Shown: positions 37,325 to 51,905, numbered from the stretch's first letter. The stretch is DNA of 64,000 nucleotides from Octopus vulgaris (GCA_951406725.2 OX597831.1:69998001-70062000); one strand, 5' to 3'. Numbers and translations: made by a program. The notes: a model not told the origin generated them from the sequence alone.

Positions 37325-38030
37325 GTAAGTTCTTCTGTAATGGATCTTGTTTCAGTTCAAACTGGTTTATATATGGTATAATTACAGATCAATAAAAGCA
37401 GTAAAGGAAATGACTGTTCAATACTGTTAAAAGCAACCTGCTGAGTCAATGACTCAGAAAGTAAGGCAAGGCTCTGCAAAAGTAGGAATAAATCCATTTT
37501 TTAATACCAGTAGAGCAATCATTAATTAATGTTAGCCACCAATGTCTAATTTGTGCTCTCAGAATCTGATTTCGACAAAAGATTTATTTCAGTTGAATCT
37601 TTTTTGCACCGTTAAAGAACATAATCTTCAAATCTAATTACTGCCACTTGAATGGCAGCTTACTAGGAATTCCAGTTATGTTTTATGTTCGGAGACAAGG
37701 CTGAGAGAGCATTTCAAGTAGCTTTTGCTTTTTCCTTTTTTTCCTTCTGACATATATCTCCGTTCCATTTTCCATTTGATCATTTTAGTGTGTGATCCTA
37801 TATTTTATTCCACGTATCGAACAATAGACTTGATTAGTATTGAAGAGCGATGCAGTATGGTGCAGGTTAAGTAGCTTGCTTCATAATCACGTGCTCTGGA
37901 TTTAATGTCACTGCATGACACTTTGGACAGGTGCTTTCTGCATTGTTTGTCTTGTAAGTCAGAGCTGACCAGAGGCTTATGAGTGAACTTTATTAGACAG
38001 AAGCTGTACAAAAAAGCCAGTTTTGTGCAT

Positions 38031-38061
<31 letters not shown>

Positions 38062-39514
38062 CGTGTGTGACATAAACATAGAGTAAGAACCAGTACATTC
38101 AGGCAAAAAAGTTTTATAGAATTTTGGTCCATACATGTATGTTCTGGGTTTTAATCCTATCCAAATTGCTTTCCATCCCATAATATTTGACATATGTATC
38201 AATATCGTTATCATGTTGAAGTTAAACCAATAGACTACACCACTTATCTGCTAAGAGCCAGGCAATGCTGTTAAACTGAATGATGGCTAAAGGCTGACAT
38301 TTAAGTAGGGTGAAGCAGAACTTGAATTCAGAGGGAAAAGAACTGGAACAAACAGAGTAAGACATCCACTCTGATGCTGTAATGATTCTGATAGTCCACC
38401 GCTTTAGACAGGTACTTATTGATGGAAGGAAGGAAATGAAAGTCGACCTTGCCAATAATCGAACTCAGTATACAAGAAACTAGAACAAATACCTCAAGAC
38501 ATTCTATCACTGCCTATTAGATTCATATTAATGTACAATCCTTATTAGATTCATATTCATATGCAATCCTATTCAAACTTCATAACAGTTGCTTTTTAAG
38601 ATATGGTTGTTTTAGAAACATTGATTGCATAGCTTATTACAGTCCAGCTGAAATGAGAGTGTATGTTATAAGAGATTAATATGATTAACACTAATTTTGA
38701 AGCAAGTGTGATTTAGTTTGATGTTTGACTAAGATAAATAGGTAGAGAAATGAGGTCTGACCTTTGGAAGAAAGAAGAAAACTGTACACATTATTTATAC
38801 TTCTGAGAGCTAACACAGAAGGAGGCAGACATTATTAGAAAAAATGATTAAAGTATTATTGATGCTTGTGAGCCAGAAATGTTTGGTGAAATAGAAGTAT
38901 TTAAGAATTTGTATTGGTGAGTGAGCAAGTGATTTTAGGTACTCTGCAAAAAAACAGTTCTTGATGAATCAGAGGAACTTCATCTATGTTATAGCATCCT
39001 CAACATCAGTTTTAGAGATAGGGAATAATCCCCTAACCCTAACCTTTTGGTAATCCTTCTTTCCTTAAGCACTAATCACCAGGTGTTAGTATCCTTCTTT
39101 AGCTACCAATATTTTTTCCTTATGTTAAAAGATTTCTTTAGTCCCAGATCATTTTGAAGCATTTTCAGCCAAGTATTTTAAACATTTTTGTGTAGTTTCC
39201 ATTCTCGTGGTTGAAGACCTACGAATGATTTACATGGCAATCTGGAATGATTATTTCATTCCAGCGACCAGGTCAGCATAATTACTGTTTATGAAGGAAT
39301 TTAGAAAATAGTTGGCTAACAAGAGCAATTTTGTTGAATATGAGACAGTCAAACCAAACCATTCCAAATATTCAACAAAGATATTAAATTTAGGTAAATT
39401 CCAACATATCCAATCCATGTAGGGATAGTGCATATGATTTGGTACCATGCAAAAAGTTAGTGAATACAGAAGATTAATAAATGTAAATGATGGCATTTAA
39501 TAAGATATCATTTT

Positions 39515-39570
39515 ATCATTTTATCTAGTTTCAGCTCACGAGCTGTGGCCATGCTGGGGCACTGCCATTC
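39515..39570 (-). mobile_element. LINE 3' tip (same family as 42480-42780)
   Basis: ctagtttcagctcacgagctgtggccatgctggggcactgccatt. Confidence 0.7.
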
Positions 39571-39811
39571 GACTATACTCAACAATTAATGAGGTCAAAG
39601 CCAAAAGTTTTAAACTAATTCTATTTTTGCTATCTAACGACATGATAATCTTTTTCCTTCTCCTCTGGAAGGAAAGAAGTGTGTTAGTTCAGCCGCCAAA
39701 AGAGTACTTGCGCATTTCTTATGAGAATAAGGCAACATTTACTGTTTAACAGTGAACTGTGATCCACTCTAGTATCAGATGAGTAGTCTACTTTGTAACA
39801 ATTACCATTTT

Positions 39812-40056
39812 AACTCTTTACTCTTACTCTTTTACTCTTTTTACTTGTTTCAGTCATTTAACTGCGGCCATGCTGGAGCACCACCTTTAATCAAGCAACT
39901 CGACCCCGGGACTTATTCTTTGTAAGCCTAGTACTTATTCTATCGGTCTCTTTGCCGAACCACTAAGTGACGGGGACATAAACACACCAGCATCGGCTGT
40001 CAAGCGATGTTGGGGGACAAACACAGACATACAAACTCACACATACACATATATAT
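39812..40056 (-). mobile_element. SINE family A, tail half only
   Basis: Family A tail up to the central microsatellite. Confidence 0.88.
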
Positions 40057-41686
40057 GTTTAGTATCTGTTGTTGCTGAACATTCCCTTCAACTGCAAATA
40101 AGCAACACTGGACAAGATCAACTTGTCACTGAAAACAGTATCAACAGGGTAAATATGATAAGAGGTTTGTACTGCCTGCAGCACCACTGTAGCATAGAGA
40201 GGAATAAGTTCTACCTGGCTGATTGGCTTAGAATTCACTGTATGAAGATGGAGTCTTTACATGTTTTCCTATGATACAATAAGTTTATCGGATTTACTAT
40301 TGATAACACATGAGACACATGTAATTTATGCTAAATATATTTTTCCTTCCTTATCTTGTTGCAGTCCAGCTCTCTTACAATATTTTCTTTCAGTTTAAAT
40401 CACATGAACACACTGTGCGGAAAGCAAAAACTATGTCACCTACTACTTTCTAACACTCAGTGTACTTTTAAAAATATTATTACTCTTAAACAAATATCAA
40501 CACACTGGTTATGATCCAAAATGTCTTTTAAAAATATATTCAGTATTTTATCAATACATTTTCTTTCATGGTTTCTCTAATGGTAAATATATTCATGACA
40601 TGTCAGTAAAATATTATTTGTATCTATTTAACAGTTTTAGGATTATTTATAAACAGACCATTCTGCCATTTAGATATGTGACATATATTTTATAAAACGG
40701 TCTTCAATCATAGTTATAACGTTCAGTATTTATATCTCAGATGTGTTTTGATGTTCAACACATTCTGTTGCATTACACACAGTACATCACTGCCTCCAAT
40801 ATTTCCACATTTTGTTGACAAGTTGTTCTTTCCAAGCAATCAATTTATAGTTTGATGTTTAATTTTTTTATGTTTTATAAGAGAGGAAGGGATAGGAAAA
40901 ATAACATATTTGAAATTCCTGAACAGTATTGGTAGAGAAAACTTCAAAGTTATCAGTTTTCCCATAAAAGAAGAAGTGACAATATTTCCTCAAAAAGACA
41001 AAGTATCTTATAAAGCCAGCAATATAGTTGTAATGGAAAACTCAAAGTAATTCAGTCTTTGATACCAACTGCATAATACAGAAAATCTAATAAAATCTTT
41101 TGGTAAAAGTCTTTCCTGTCTTCTCTTATAAGAAACCATACTAATGATTTATTGCCAAGCAATAATTTCACTTCAACTCCCTCCAGAAATCTTTAAGATT
41201 ATCTTAGCCTGCTAACTAAATTATTAATGCTGATAAGGAAGGAAGTCTGCTACTTCTTGCTCAAATGAGTTATGTAGAAGATAATGAATAAATACTTCTG
41301 GCAGCTTAATCTCTGTTGAAGAATTAGAATTAATAGATATTAATGGGTTAAAGATCACACATGATAATGCAGTATTTGTGTGAGGCCTCTGTGCTAGTAT
41401 TCCTGGATTGTATTACAATGTACCCAGGGACTCATAAATTATCGTTGATAATGATAGCTAAAGGGTAGCTTGGTGGAAATAAGTGGAAAGTAGAGAATGT
41501 AAACTTTAACCTGTCAAATAAATATACATATTCTGGAAATTGCCAAACGTAACTTTGGTGCTTTTCTGGATAAGAAGTTAATTCAAACCAGTCCTTTCTT
41601 TCTGTTATATTATAAGAGAGGCAATAATGATTTGTTGTTATGTAACCCTGGTCAGTGTGTTCAAATAGATCTATGACATATAAATA

Positions 41687-42105
41687 GGCGCAGGAGTGGC
41701 TGTGTGGTAAGTAGCTTGCTTACCAACCACATGGTTCCGGGTTCAGTCCCACTGCATGGCACCTTGTGCAAATGTCTTCTACTATAGCCTCGGGCCGACC
41801 AAAGCCTTGTGAGTGGATTTGGAAGACGGAAACTGAAAGAAGCCCGTCGTATATATGTATATATATATATATGTGTGTGCGTGTATGTTTGTGTGTCTGT
41901 GTTTGTCCCCCTAGCATTGCTTGACAACCGATGCTTGTGTGTTTATGTTTCCATCACTTAGCGGTTCGGCAAAACAGACCGATAGAATAAGTACTGGGCT
42001 TGCAAAGAATAAGTCCCGGGGTCGAGTTGCTCGACTAAAGGCAGTGCTCCAGCATGGCCGCAGTCAACTGACTGAAACAAGTAAAAGAGATAAAAGAGAT
42101 AAAAG
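41687..42105 (+). mobile_element. SINE family A, full length
   Basis: Complete unit. Confidence 0.92.
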
Positions 42106-42479
42106 TTATTGAGGCAAGTTGGTGTAATCCAGGGGTCCACCACTCTAAACATACTATGCCTCTGTCTGGCTGCGGATTGCACTATACACTGATCAGTTCA
42201 TTTTAACATGTAACAAAAAGTGGGCGACTGAACATGTGTTTCTATTACCACACAATCTGCTTCTGTATGGCTGTATCTTATCTTCAGGTAGTGACCACAG
42301 TTGAAAAAAATCCGACATATGTAGATCACATATGTATAAACCACAGTAAGGTTTTACATAATAAGTCTAAGCAGCCATTTTGCTATTTTCCTTTCTATCT
42401 TACTGTCAATATTATTTCTAACATACTGCGACAGTAACTTTAAATATTTAGATACAGCAGTAAACAAAATTTTAGTTTT

Positions 42480-42780
42480 ATTTTATTTATTTTATTTTAT
42501 CTAGTTTCAGCTCATGAACTGTGGCCATGCTGGGGCACTGCCATTTGGTGTTGCTACATGATTTTACTTCACGAATGCTTTTTAGCAATTGCCATTTGGT
42601 GCATGAGAGAGTTCGATGCAGCTGCCTTCATCTGCACCTCCTGCCGTGAAGTTGGTTCATCTGGGATACCTGACAGGAAGAGATCCAGTTTTATTTTAAA
42701 GACATCTGCATCCACCCCATGCAGGTCTCTCAGGTCCTTCAGGAGAATATTGAAGAGCTGTGGACCTCTGAAGCCCAAAT
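42480..42780 (-). mobile_element. 5'-truncated LINE 3' end (CR1-group-like)
   Basis: GFRGPQLFNILLKDLRDLHGVDADVFKIKLDLFLSGIPDEPTSRQEVQMKAAASNSLMHQ; 3'UTR and (TAAAA)n tail. Confidence 0.82.
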
Positions 42781-43107
42781 ATAAACTGCAATGTTAAGGC
42801 AACCATGTTTACCTTAATTTGAATATCATGTTACATTACCTTTAATGGTCACACAAAATCTCTAACAATAATTACAGTACAACTCCAAGGAAGTTTAGGA
42901 CTTTCTGTGATTTGCTTCTATTGTAAAGAAGTATATTACCCTAATACTCCACGAAATATTCTATCTGAAACGGTCAATTATAATAATTCACAATGAAAGT
43001 GTCATCTCATGTACACAGGAAAGGATTTTTCTTGTTCTTTTCTACTCTTCCTCTTTGTATTTTATTAATAATATTTTTATGAATGACCAGTCATGGAAAG
43101 GAGAGGT

Positions 43108-43265
43108 ATCATCATCATCATCATCATCATCATCGTTTAACGTCCATTTTCAGCGCTAGCACGGGTCAGACGGTTTGACCGGGGTCTGGGAAGCCAGGGG
43201 CTGCACCAGGCTCCAGTCTGATCTGGCAGTGTTTCTACAGCTGGATGCCCTTCCTAACGCCAACA
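43108..43265 (-). mobile_element. Family D 3' fragment
   Basis: (CAT)n...ggatgcccttcctaacgccaac. Confidence 0.8.
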
Positions 43266-44782
43266 ATAAAATGTTATTAAAATTTTATGAATGGCATATT
43301 GACAAGATATGCTCTTTAAAAGTCTGCTGAGCTGATTACAAGCAATCACCAATAATTATGAATGTTAGATGACATTAATCCAATTCAGACTGAACCCTCA
43401 TTGAAGTTTCAGGAAATCAGCAGAAGGTACAATGGTTTGTTTCTGTATTTGGTTTGCAAGATTCTTGATGTCGAATCATATGTTGAAACAGATTTTTGTA
43501 TCTTGGAAGTATCATTATGCCAAATAAATACACATGTACTGGTTCTCTTTCACTTGCTTAATTATTATAAGTCAACTAGTTAATCGTTTCACTTACTTTT
43601 ATTAGTCTTATTAGTCAACTAGTTGACCATTTAACCAGTTAATGAAATAATTGTTCAATTAGCCATTTGGTCAATCAATCTGTCAAATAGCTTCACGAGA
43701 GTCCTTTCATTGTCATCTGTGACCTTGTCAGTAACATGTCCTGACTATTCCAGGGCTCCAGACAAGTAACTGATTAGTTAATTGAGTAAATGGTTAACTA
43801 ATTGGCTAATAATAATAAACGAAGGGAAAAAGAATGAGTGTGTGTTTCTTTTTAGCATAACGACCTTCTCAAAGTTCATCAAAGTACAATGGTCTCTTTA
43901 TTGTCTCTACAACTCTGAGGCATAACTTAACATTGTAATCAAAGAACTGTATTTCTTAATGAGGGTTGAATTCATTACTGAGGTGACTTACGCTGGAACA
44001 GAACTTTATGAAGAGAAAAGATTTAAATGGGTTCCCTTAACAATCCACCAAATAATGAGCAATGTTCCTCTAAAGTTTCAATGAGTAATACATTGAAGAA
44101 ATACGATGTGCACATATTTCCTCATGACTAAAAATAATCAGATGCCAGATGCTTGAATAAATGTAATTCTAAAACATTAAGGTAATTTTGGTCTAAGAAA
44201 TAACAAAAAAAAAACCAAAAACAAAGCATAAGTTATGATTGCCTTGTAAGAAATATCCTGGTCCATTAAAGATACATATAGCATATAAACAATGCAACTA
44301 TTTTTCTACATGTGTATTTATGTTCTACTTGTAGTAGTTCGATTTCCTTTGTGCTCTAATTCAGTTGTACATGTTCATGTTCCTGTGTTCTGCTAATAAA
44401 TAGCATTGGTTATATGATTAACATGAACACGCAAAAACATACATTGATGTATACGCTTGTATATGCATACACAAACACATGTGTGCCTTTATATCATACA
44501 TACACAAAGCAACACATACATAAGCAAATAAACAGCCTCCAGTAACTCATTGCAATATATTCATAACCAGTCGATCTGACTAATAAGTAATAGTTACTCA
44601 GTTGGCAGCCTTTCTTACTAGTTAATCAATGAGGACAAAAAAAATTCTATTGAATTCTGGTTTCTTAGATGGAGACTACAGAATTGATGGAGATTTCTTA
44701 CTTTACTTGCAATAATAAGACTGTACAGCAGTTTTTGTTTCTGTTGTTGGCCCATTAGCTTGGTACTTATTTATGTTTCCAC

Positions 44783-44784
<2 letters not shown>

Positions 44785-44839
<55 letters not shown>

Positions 44840-45055
44840 GCACACACACACACACACATATATATGTACATATATGTATACATATAGATATAGATGTATG
44901 TATGTATGTATGTATATATGTATGCATGTATGTATGTATGTATATATGTATGCATGTATGTATGTTTGTATGTGTGTATGTATGTATGTATGTATGTATG
45001 TATATATGTATCTATCTATCTATCTCTCTATCTCTCTCTCTCTCTCTCTCTCTCC

Positions 45056-45088
<33 letters not shown>

Positions 45089-45092
45089 GATA

Positions 45093-45125
<33 letters not shown>

Positions 45126-45145
45126 TGTGCAGGTGTGTGTGTGGG
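44785..45145. repeat. Compound microsatellite (TA/CA/TATG/TCTA/TC)
   Basis: Direct inspection. Confidence 0.95.
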
Positions 45146-45717
45146 ACTGTGTACTTGCATCAGAGTAAGAAATATATTCATAAATGTGTTTGCAGTGAAA
45201 GAGAACATGGAAATGCTCGCTATTTTTTCATTATGCCTGCCTTCATTCTAGTAGATGTTGTAAAATGATAAATAAAATGATAAATAAATATGTAATAAGA
45301 TAGAAAAAGAAACACGGTTTGAGCCAATTATATAAGATCTGAAATATCTTGAGAATTAGAATGGTTAATCTCCATTTACTTTCGCTGTTGTCACATCATG
45401 TCCGTCATGATCAATGAAAAAATACCTTTCTGGCTTTCATCATTCTGTCTTTTTATACATCTAGAATTATATCATCTAATGTTTACTGTCTTTTTTAAAA
45501 ATTGTAGGGTGTTACGTGAGAAAGATTTAGCTAATATCTCTTATGAGCTGAGGGATCTCATAAAGGTTCACGGATTTATTCGTCTTCATTGACGGTACTT
45601 TCACTGATTAGTGTCAGTAAGCTTTGCTTAAACAGACGAGTAAAAGAAATTTACTGACATTCTATAATTAATACTTGATCCCAAATTCTTATGTGGGACT
45701 ACGCAGTAAATCATGCC

Positions 45718-46140
45718 GGGATCTTTTCCTTTTAAAGGCCAGATTTCAACACAATTTCTAGTTAACTAAACACTTTAAAACTTCGTATACTGGTAGAATG
45801 TGTCAAAATAAAACATTATTTTCACTTGGCTTTCTTGATAAATTTGTAATTCGTTTGTTTAACGTAGTTTAATTTTTCGAATTTTAACCAATCCTATGCT
45901 CTCTTTTGAGCTAAAATCATTTGCTGCGTCTAAAACTGAGACAACATCCTGTCACTAACCCTAAACCTCACCCTAACCCTAAATTATTTTCTTCTTAATT
46001 GTTAAATTAACTTAATTGTTACACGTGTAAAGAAAACTAAAGCAATGGAAAATAATTTAAACAATTAACATACAAAATAATTCTATAATTTTTATACACA
46101 CGCTTTCCGTAGTGTACCTGATGTAGCGTGTCCTTAAAAG
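45718..46140. mobile_element. Probable non-autonomous DNA element carrying degenerate (TAACCC)n
   Basis: Starts gggatcttttcc; ctaaccctaaacctcaccctaaccctaa at 45955-45982; second terminus not identified. Confidence 0.4.
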
Positions 46141-47175
46141 TCTGATGTCCAAGGTAGTTCAATGTGAATGGGGAATGATTCCTTGAAAGTTTCAGAATTG
46201 GAAACTCAGTGCAGAAAATTGTTTATTGTATTTATGGATCATACTGTGTTTGGTATGGATACTGCATGGCCAATTGATTAAGTATCATTTCCCAGTCATG
46301 GCATTCCAAGTTTGGTTCCACTGTGTAGCATCTTGGACAAGTGTCTTTCACAACGACCTCGCATTGACCCTAACAATGGGGTGAAAATAAAGAGAGACAG
46401 AAACTGTATGGAAACCTTGTAAATTAAAAGGCAAGTCTTAACACACTTGTCATGCAGATTGTATCTGAGAATGACATTAAGGGTGTATGTGCCTGTGAAA
46501 CATTTAATCATTTAATAATTACTTACTAATGAAGTCAGTGAGCAGGTGCTACAATTGTTCAAACAATTGAATATTCATTGCTGAAAGTGAGATTTATTTA
46601 TTTCATTCTGGTGAGGCCTTATGATCTGGATTACTTCACATCTACTGATATTCAAAGTATTATCAATAAAACCTTTAAACAAGAATACTATAATTGTTAT
46701 GGCATAATGTTAACATATGTCTAAATGTTTCAAGCCAACTATTATGATGTATAAAACTATTGCTTTTGAAACATTGCGACCTCTTTATAAAATAGGATAC
46801 ACATTCAGCAGAAGTCTTCTTACATTAAACCTAAAAGAGATGTAAGAATAAAGATATAATACATTGTACCAATTTATCAACTGAAAAGAAACTTGTCACT
46901 AAACAAATAAATTTTCAAAAATATATCCAAAATAGAGGGCAGATAATCTCAATAATCTTAAAAAGTACAAAGACTTGAGAAAGAAAAAAAATGAGAAAAA
47001 TTAAACAAATGCACTGATACTTTCACACACATACACGTGCACACATGCACACACATACACACAAGTGCACACACATACATACACATATACATCTGTGTGT
47101 TTGTGTGTGTATATATATATATGTAAGTATATGTATATGTGTGTGTGTGTGTAAGTATATGTATGTGTATGTGTG

Positions 47176-47207
<32 letters not shown>

Positions 47208-47483
47208 CAGAGAGAGAGAGACAGAGAGATTCAGCAGATTTATTATTAGCATAAAGAAATAGATAAACTTGCATATAAAGAAGAAAAAAAGGTAATAACA
47301 AATAACAGAAGAACAACAACAATAGCAGTAGATACAACAATGCATTTTACTGGAATAATTATTCACTTATTTATACAATTTTCCCTTCGCTTGTTAGATT
47401 TATGTTTCTTTCTGTGTAAATTGTTGCAGAGAGATTGTTCCAGAATATTCAGGTGTTTTTCTTTTTTATATATATATTTATTC

Positions 47484-47486
<3 letters not shown>

Positions 47487-47562
<76 letters not shown>

Positions 47563-47582
47563 TTTTTTTTTTTTTTTTTTTT
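47487..47582. repeat. (TTA)n plus poly-T tract
   Basis: Direct inspection. Confidence 0.95.
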
Positions 47583-48384
47583 GTCATGTCTCCTACATGG
47601 AAAAGAGAGATTATAGCATCCATATGATAATTCACTTTGGATTTTGAAGCAAAATATAAAACAAGAACATGCATGAAAAAAAATAATCAATTTATAAATA
47701 AAATAAAATAAAATAAATCAAGAAACAACACTACATTGAGAAGATCATCATCATCATCATACACACCACCACCACCGCCAGCAACAACAACAACAACAAC
47801 AACTATTTCTTAACGTTGTCTGTTTACATTTTGGCTATCTTCTCACTGAGAGATGTGAAAAAGTTCACATTTGTTTCAATAGTTTTAAGATGATATAATT
47901 TCTAAAAGGAAACCAAAGAATTTTACAAAGACAACAATGTGTGTGTGTGTGTGTGTGCGTGTGTGTTGATACACAAATATATACATATATGTGTGTGTGC
48001 ATGTATGTATATATATATGTATGTATATTCAATTTACATTCTGACTTTGTTACATTTTCTCTATCTCTTTCTCTCTCTCTCTCTCTCTTTCTCTATATTT
48101 GTCTCTAGTCTATCTCCATTTTGCTTTGCCCATTTTCATTTACCCCCCCCCCTCTCTCTCTTGACTCTTTTCTTTCCGTATATCTCAATATATTCTCTTT
48201 CACTTACTCTGCTCTAAATCTTTTCCCCCCTCTCTTCTTCTTACATCTTCTTTTACTCTCCTACCTATTCTGTATTTTCCATGCACATCCTCTCTTTCTT
48301 AATTTGTCCACATCATCCTCTCTCTTCTACTTCCTTCACTTTTTCTGCTTGTAATCTTTGTCTCTCTCTCTCCAAGACTCTCTC

Positions 48385-48610
48385 TTATTTCTTTATTGCC
48401 CACAAGGGGCTAAACATAGAGGGGACAAACAAGGACAGACAAAGGGATTAAGTCGATTACATCGACCCAGTGTGTAACTGGTACTTATTTAATTGACCCC
48501 GAAAGGATGAAAGCTAAAGTCGACCTTGGCGGAATTTGAACTCAGAACGTAACGGCAGACGAAATACCGCTGAACATTTCGCCCGCTAACGTTTCTGCCA
48601 GCTCGCCGCC
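48385..48610 (-). mobile_element. SINE family B
   Basis: Reverse complement of family B unit. Confidence 0.88.
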
Positions 48611-49108
48611 ATATCTCTCTTTACCTCTCTCTCCCTTCTCCCCTGCATCTTCTCACTCTCTTCCTCTCTCTCTGTATCTGCTTCAGCTTTTCTTTCTGTT
48701 CTTTCTGTGACCAAGGTACAACAACAGAGATTTCTTTCAGTGATCTAATCAAAGGTATCACCATTCCCGCTCAAGAATTCTGGCTGTGTCTCCTTGTCTC
48801 CCACTTTCTCTCACAATGTCTCCCTATCACTTTATATCTCTCATACCCCTCTTTCACTCTTCTCTCTTCTCTCTTTCATTTTCCAGTATCATTATCTCAC
48901 CTTTTACTCTCACTACTCACATAATAACAATAATGTAAGAACCAAACACAAGATAAATACTTTTTCTTCACTTAGTGTGAAATAAACAAAGAAAGAGAAT
49001 CCATTCTCTCGAATTTTCTTTTCTGTGTGGAAAGGATAAAAGTATTACAGTTGTGAAATGGAAAATAAAAATTGCAGAAAAGAAGCACAAAAAGAGAACA
49101 TAACATCA

Positions 49109-49503
49109 ACAGGAGCGGCTGTGTGGTAAGTAGCTGGCTAACCAACCACATGGTTCCGGGTTCAGTCCCACTGCGTGGCATCTTGGGCAAGTGTCTTCTG
49201 CTATAGCCCCGGGCCGACCAATGCCTTGTGAGTGGATTTGGGAGATGGAAACTGAAAGAAGCCTGTCGTATATATGTATATATATATGTGTGCGTGTGTG
49301 TGTTTGTCCCCCTAGCATTGCTTGACAACCGATGCTGGTGTGTTTACGTCTCCGTCACCTAGCGGTTTGGCAAAAGAGACCGATAGAATAAGTACTGAGC
49401 TTACAAAGAATAAGTCCCAGGGTCGATTTTCTCGACCAAAGACGGTGCTCCAGCATGGCCACAGTCAAATGACTGAAACAAGTAAAAGAGTAAAAGAGTA
49501 AAT
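49109..49503 (+). mobile_element. SINE family A
   Basis: Complete unit. Confidence 0.92.
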
Positions 49504-50679
49504 ATAATACAAAAGTTAGAGTTGTTTGTACTCTACAACAAGCTGACTGCAGTTACGTAGCCTCAATGGCTTGCTGCTATTTCTGTTATAAGGAGCTGCA
49601 CACTGAGTGGTGAATGACTGTGTGACATTTTATAGCCACATCATAAGCAGAAACAGCTGAAAGACAATGCATGTTATTAAGTAACTCTTGTTCTTTCATA
49701 ATTTATTTATTACTTAAATGTATGCTCAGCATTTATTTAGTTGTTCAGTTGTGAGGATGTCAGTGAATTCACACAAACTCACTGCCAGATGCCATTATAA
49801 GTACTCGCAGAAAGACCGCCCTCTTGATGGTTTTCTGCTAGCCACTCAATAATATTTCCACATATGATTCCCAATACTAATAGTTTTTATGATATTTTAA
49901 GGCTAATTACTTTTTTTGTATTATAGTGCTCACTTGCTTAGTAACCATTGCTTTCATTATATTATCACAGTCATAATCTCTCTTTTTTAAGCAAACATCA
50001 AAGTAGTCTAACTACGTTTAATGTGCCAAAAATTGCAGCGATCATATAGAGATATCTTAATACCTGTAGCATATCAAATAGCCATAGCAACAAATTCCTT
50101 TGCTAATTCTTAGATAACGATGGAAAGGAAATAAGTGACATGAGTCCACAGCTACAGTAAGTTTTAATAAATTGTCCAATATAATTTATTTTCAGTATGT
50201 ATAAACGATAAAATGAAGGCATTTACACAGCGAATTTAAGTCAACAAAATACCTGATTTCCTTATCTGAAATAACAAAATAAAACTTGAAATGAAAAAAT
50301 TGCAATGAATAATATATTAAGTAGATTATTAATAATGAAAACAATTAGAGGCAAGAAAGAAAGTGAGAAACTGTGTTGCAAATGGAAGTGAAAAATTTTG
50401 CCAGAACATATTAATATTGTTTATCAAACATTAAAATCTACTCTGCAGTGAATGTAAAGCTTGGCAACAAATGTCTAACTTTGTGACAGTAAATAATAAC
50501 AGATACCTCAAAAGTGCTTTTATAAAATTTATGAATATCTTCTAGAGAGTCAAACCTGGCTATTATGGAAGGTGTGACTAACTAACGGACATCACAGAAA
50601 TTCATATGTAGATATATAGCAGAGTCAATCTGTTATATATATTCATCATTAGTAATTGGCAGAAATTACATAGGTGTGC

Positions 50680-50935
50680 ATAGATAGATAGATAAATAGA
50701 TGGATGGATGGATGGATGGATGGATGGATGGATGGAAGGACGGACGGACGGACGAACCGACGGACCGACGGATGGACGGACGGACGGACGGACCGACCGA
50801 CGAACCGATGGACGAACGGACCGACGGACAGACGGACCGACGGATGGACGGACGTACGGATGGGCGGAGGGACGGACGGACACACACACACATGCGCGTG
50901 CATGCACACACACACACAGACACACACATTCACAC
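50680..50935. repeat. Compound tetranucleotide microsatellite (GATA)(GGAT)(GGAC/CGAC) then (CA)n
   Basis: Direct inspection. Confidence 0.95.
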
Positions 50936-51113
50936 AAAAAATGCTTGGTGCTGTGAGAACACATAGGAATGGTGTTTCCTCATATTTTCATGAAGATCTA
51001 AGGAGTCCATGTAATATCTCCATATCCATCTTTGAAATGAAAGCTGCATTAGTTTTAGATCAAAAAAAGTATAATGGAGAGGACTGTCAGAGGAGAGTAT
51101 GATGTTATGCATT

Positions 51114-51257
51114 AGTTGGCGTTAGGAAGGGCATCCAGCTGTAGAAACTCTGCCAGATCAAGATTGGAGCATGGTACAGCCATCTGGTTCGCCAGCCCTC
51201 AGTCAAAATCGTCCAACCCATGCTAGCATGGAAAACGGACGTTAAACAATGATGATG
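51114..51257 (+). mobile_element. Family D 3' fragment
   Basis: gttggcgttaggaagggcatccagctgtag...ggacgttaaacaatgatgatg. Confidence 0.8.
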
Positions 51258-51519
51258 TTTCCAGGCTGATTTGAAACTTTGTCCATGACATGGCTAATAA
51301 AATATCATTAATCAACTGGAGTTAATTCAATGAAATAAGCTTTCTGATCTTATGCATTAATTATGACTATTACTATGTATTAGCTCACACATTGCATGTT
51401 GTGAGTGGCTGTTACTACAAAGGGAAGTATCTACCTCCTTACAACCCGAGGCAGGATTAGGAAATTGAATTTGAAATCAAAGAATATGAAAAGGATACAA
51501 AGAGTTCTTATATATAAGA

Positions 51520-51905
51520 ATCTTTTATCTTTTACTTGTTTCTGTCATTAGATTGCTGCCATGCTGGGGCAGTACCTTGAATTTTTAGTTGAATGAATCG
51601 ACCCCAGTACTTAATATTTTGTAAAGCCTGGTACTTATTCTGTTGGCCTTCTTTTGCTGAGCTGCTAAGTTACAGAGATGCAAACATACCAAGCACCTGT
51701 TATCAAGCAGTGGTTGGTGGGGGGACAAACACAGACAGAAAACCACACATAGATATACTTACATATATACATATATATATGATGGGCTTCTTTCAGTTTC
51801 CAGCTACCAAATCCGCTCACAAGGCTTTGGTCAGCCTGACGCTATAGTAGAAGAATCTTACCCAAGGTGCCAAGCTGTGGGTCTTACCACATAGCCATGC
51901 CTGCA
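51520..51905 (-). mobile_element. Older SINE family A-related copy
   Basis: Diverged reverse complement of family A. Confidence 0.75.
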
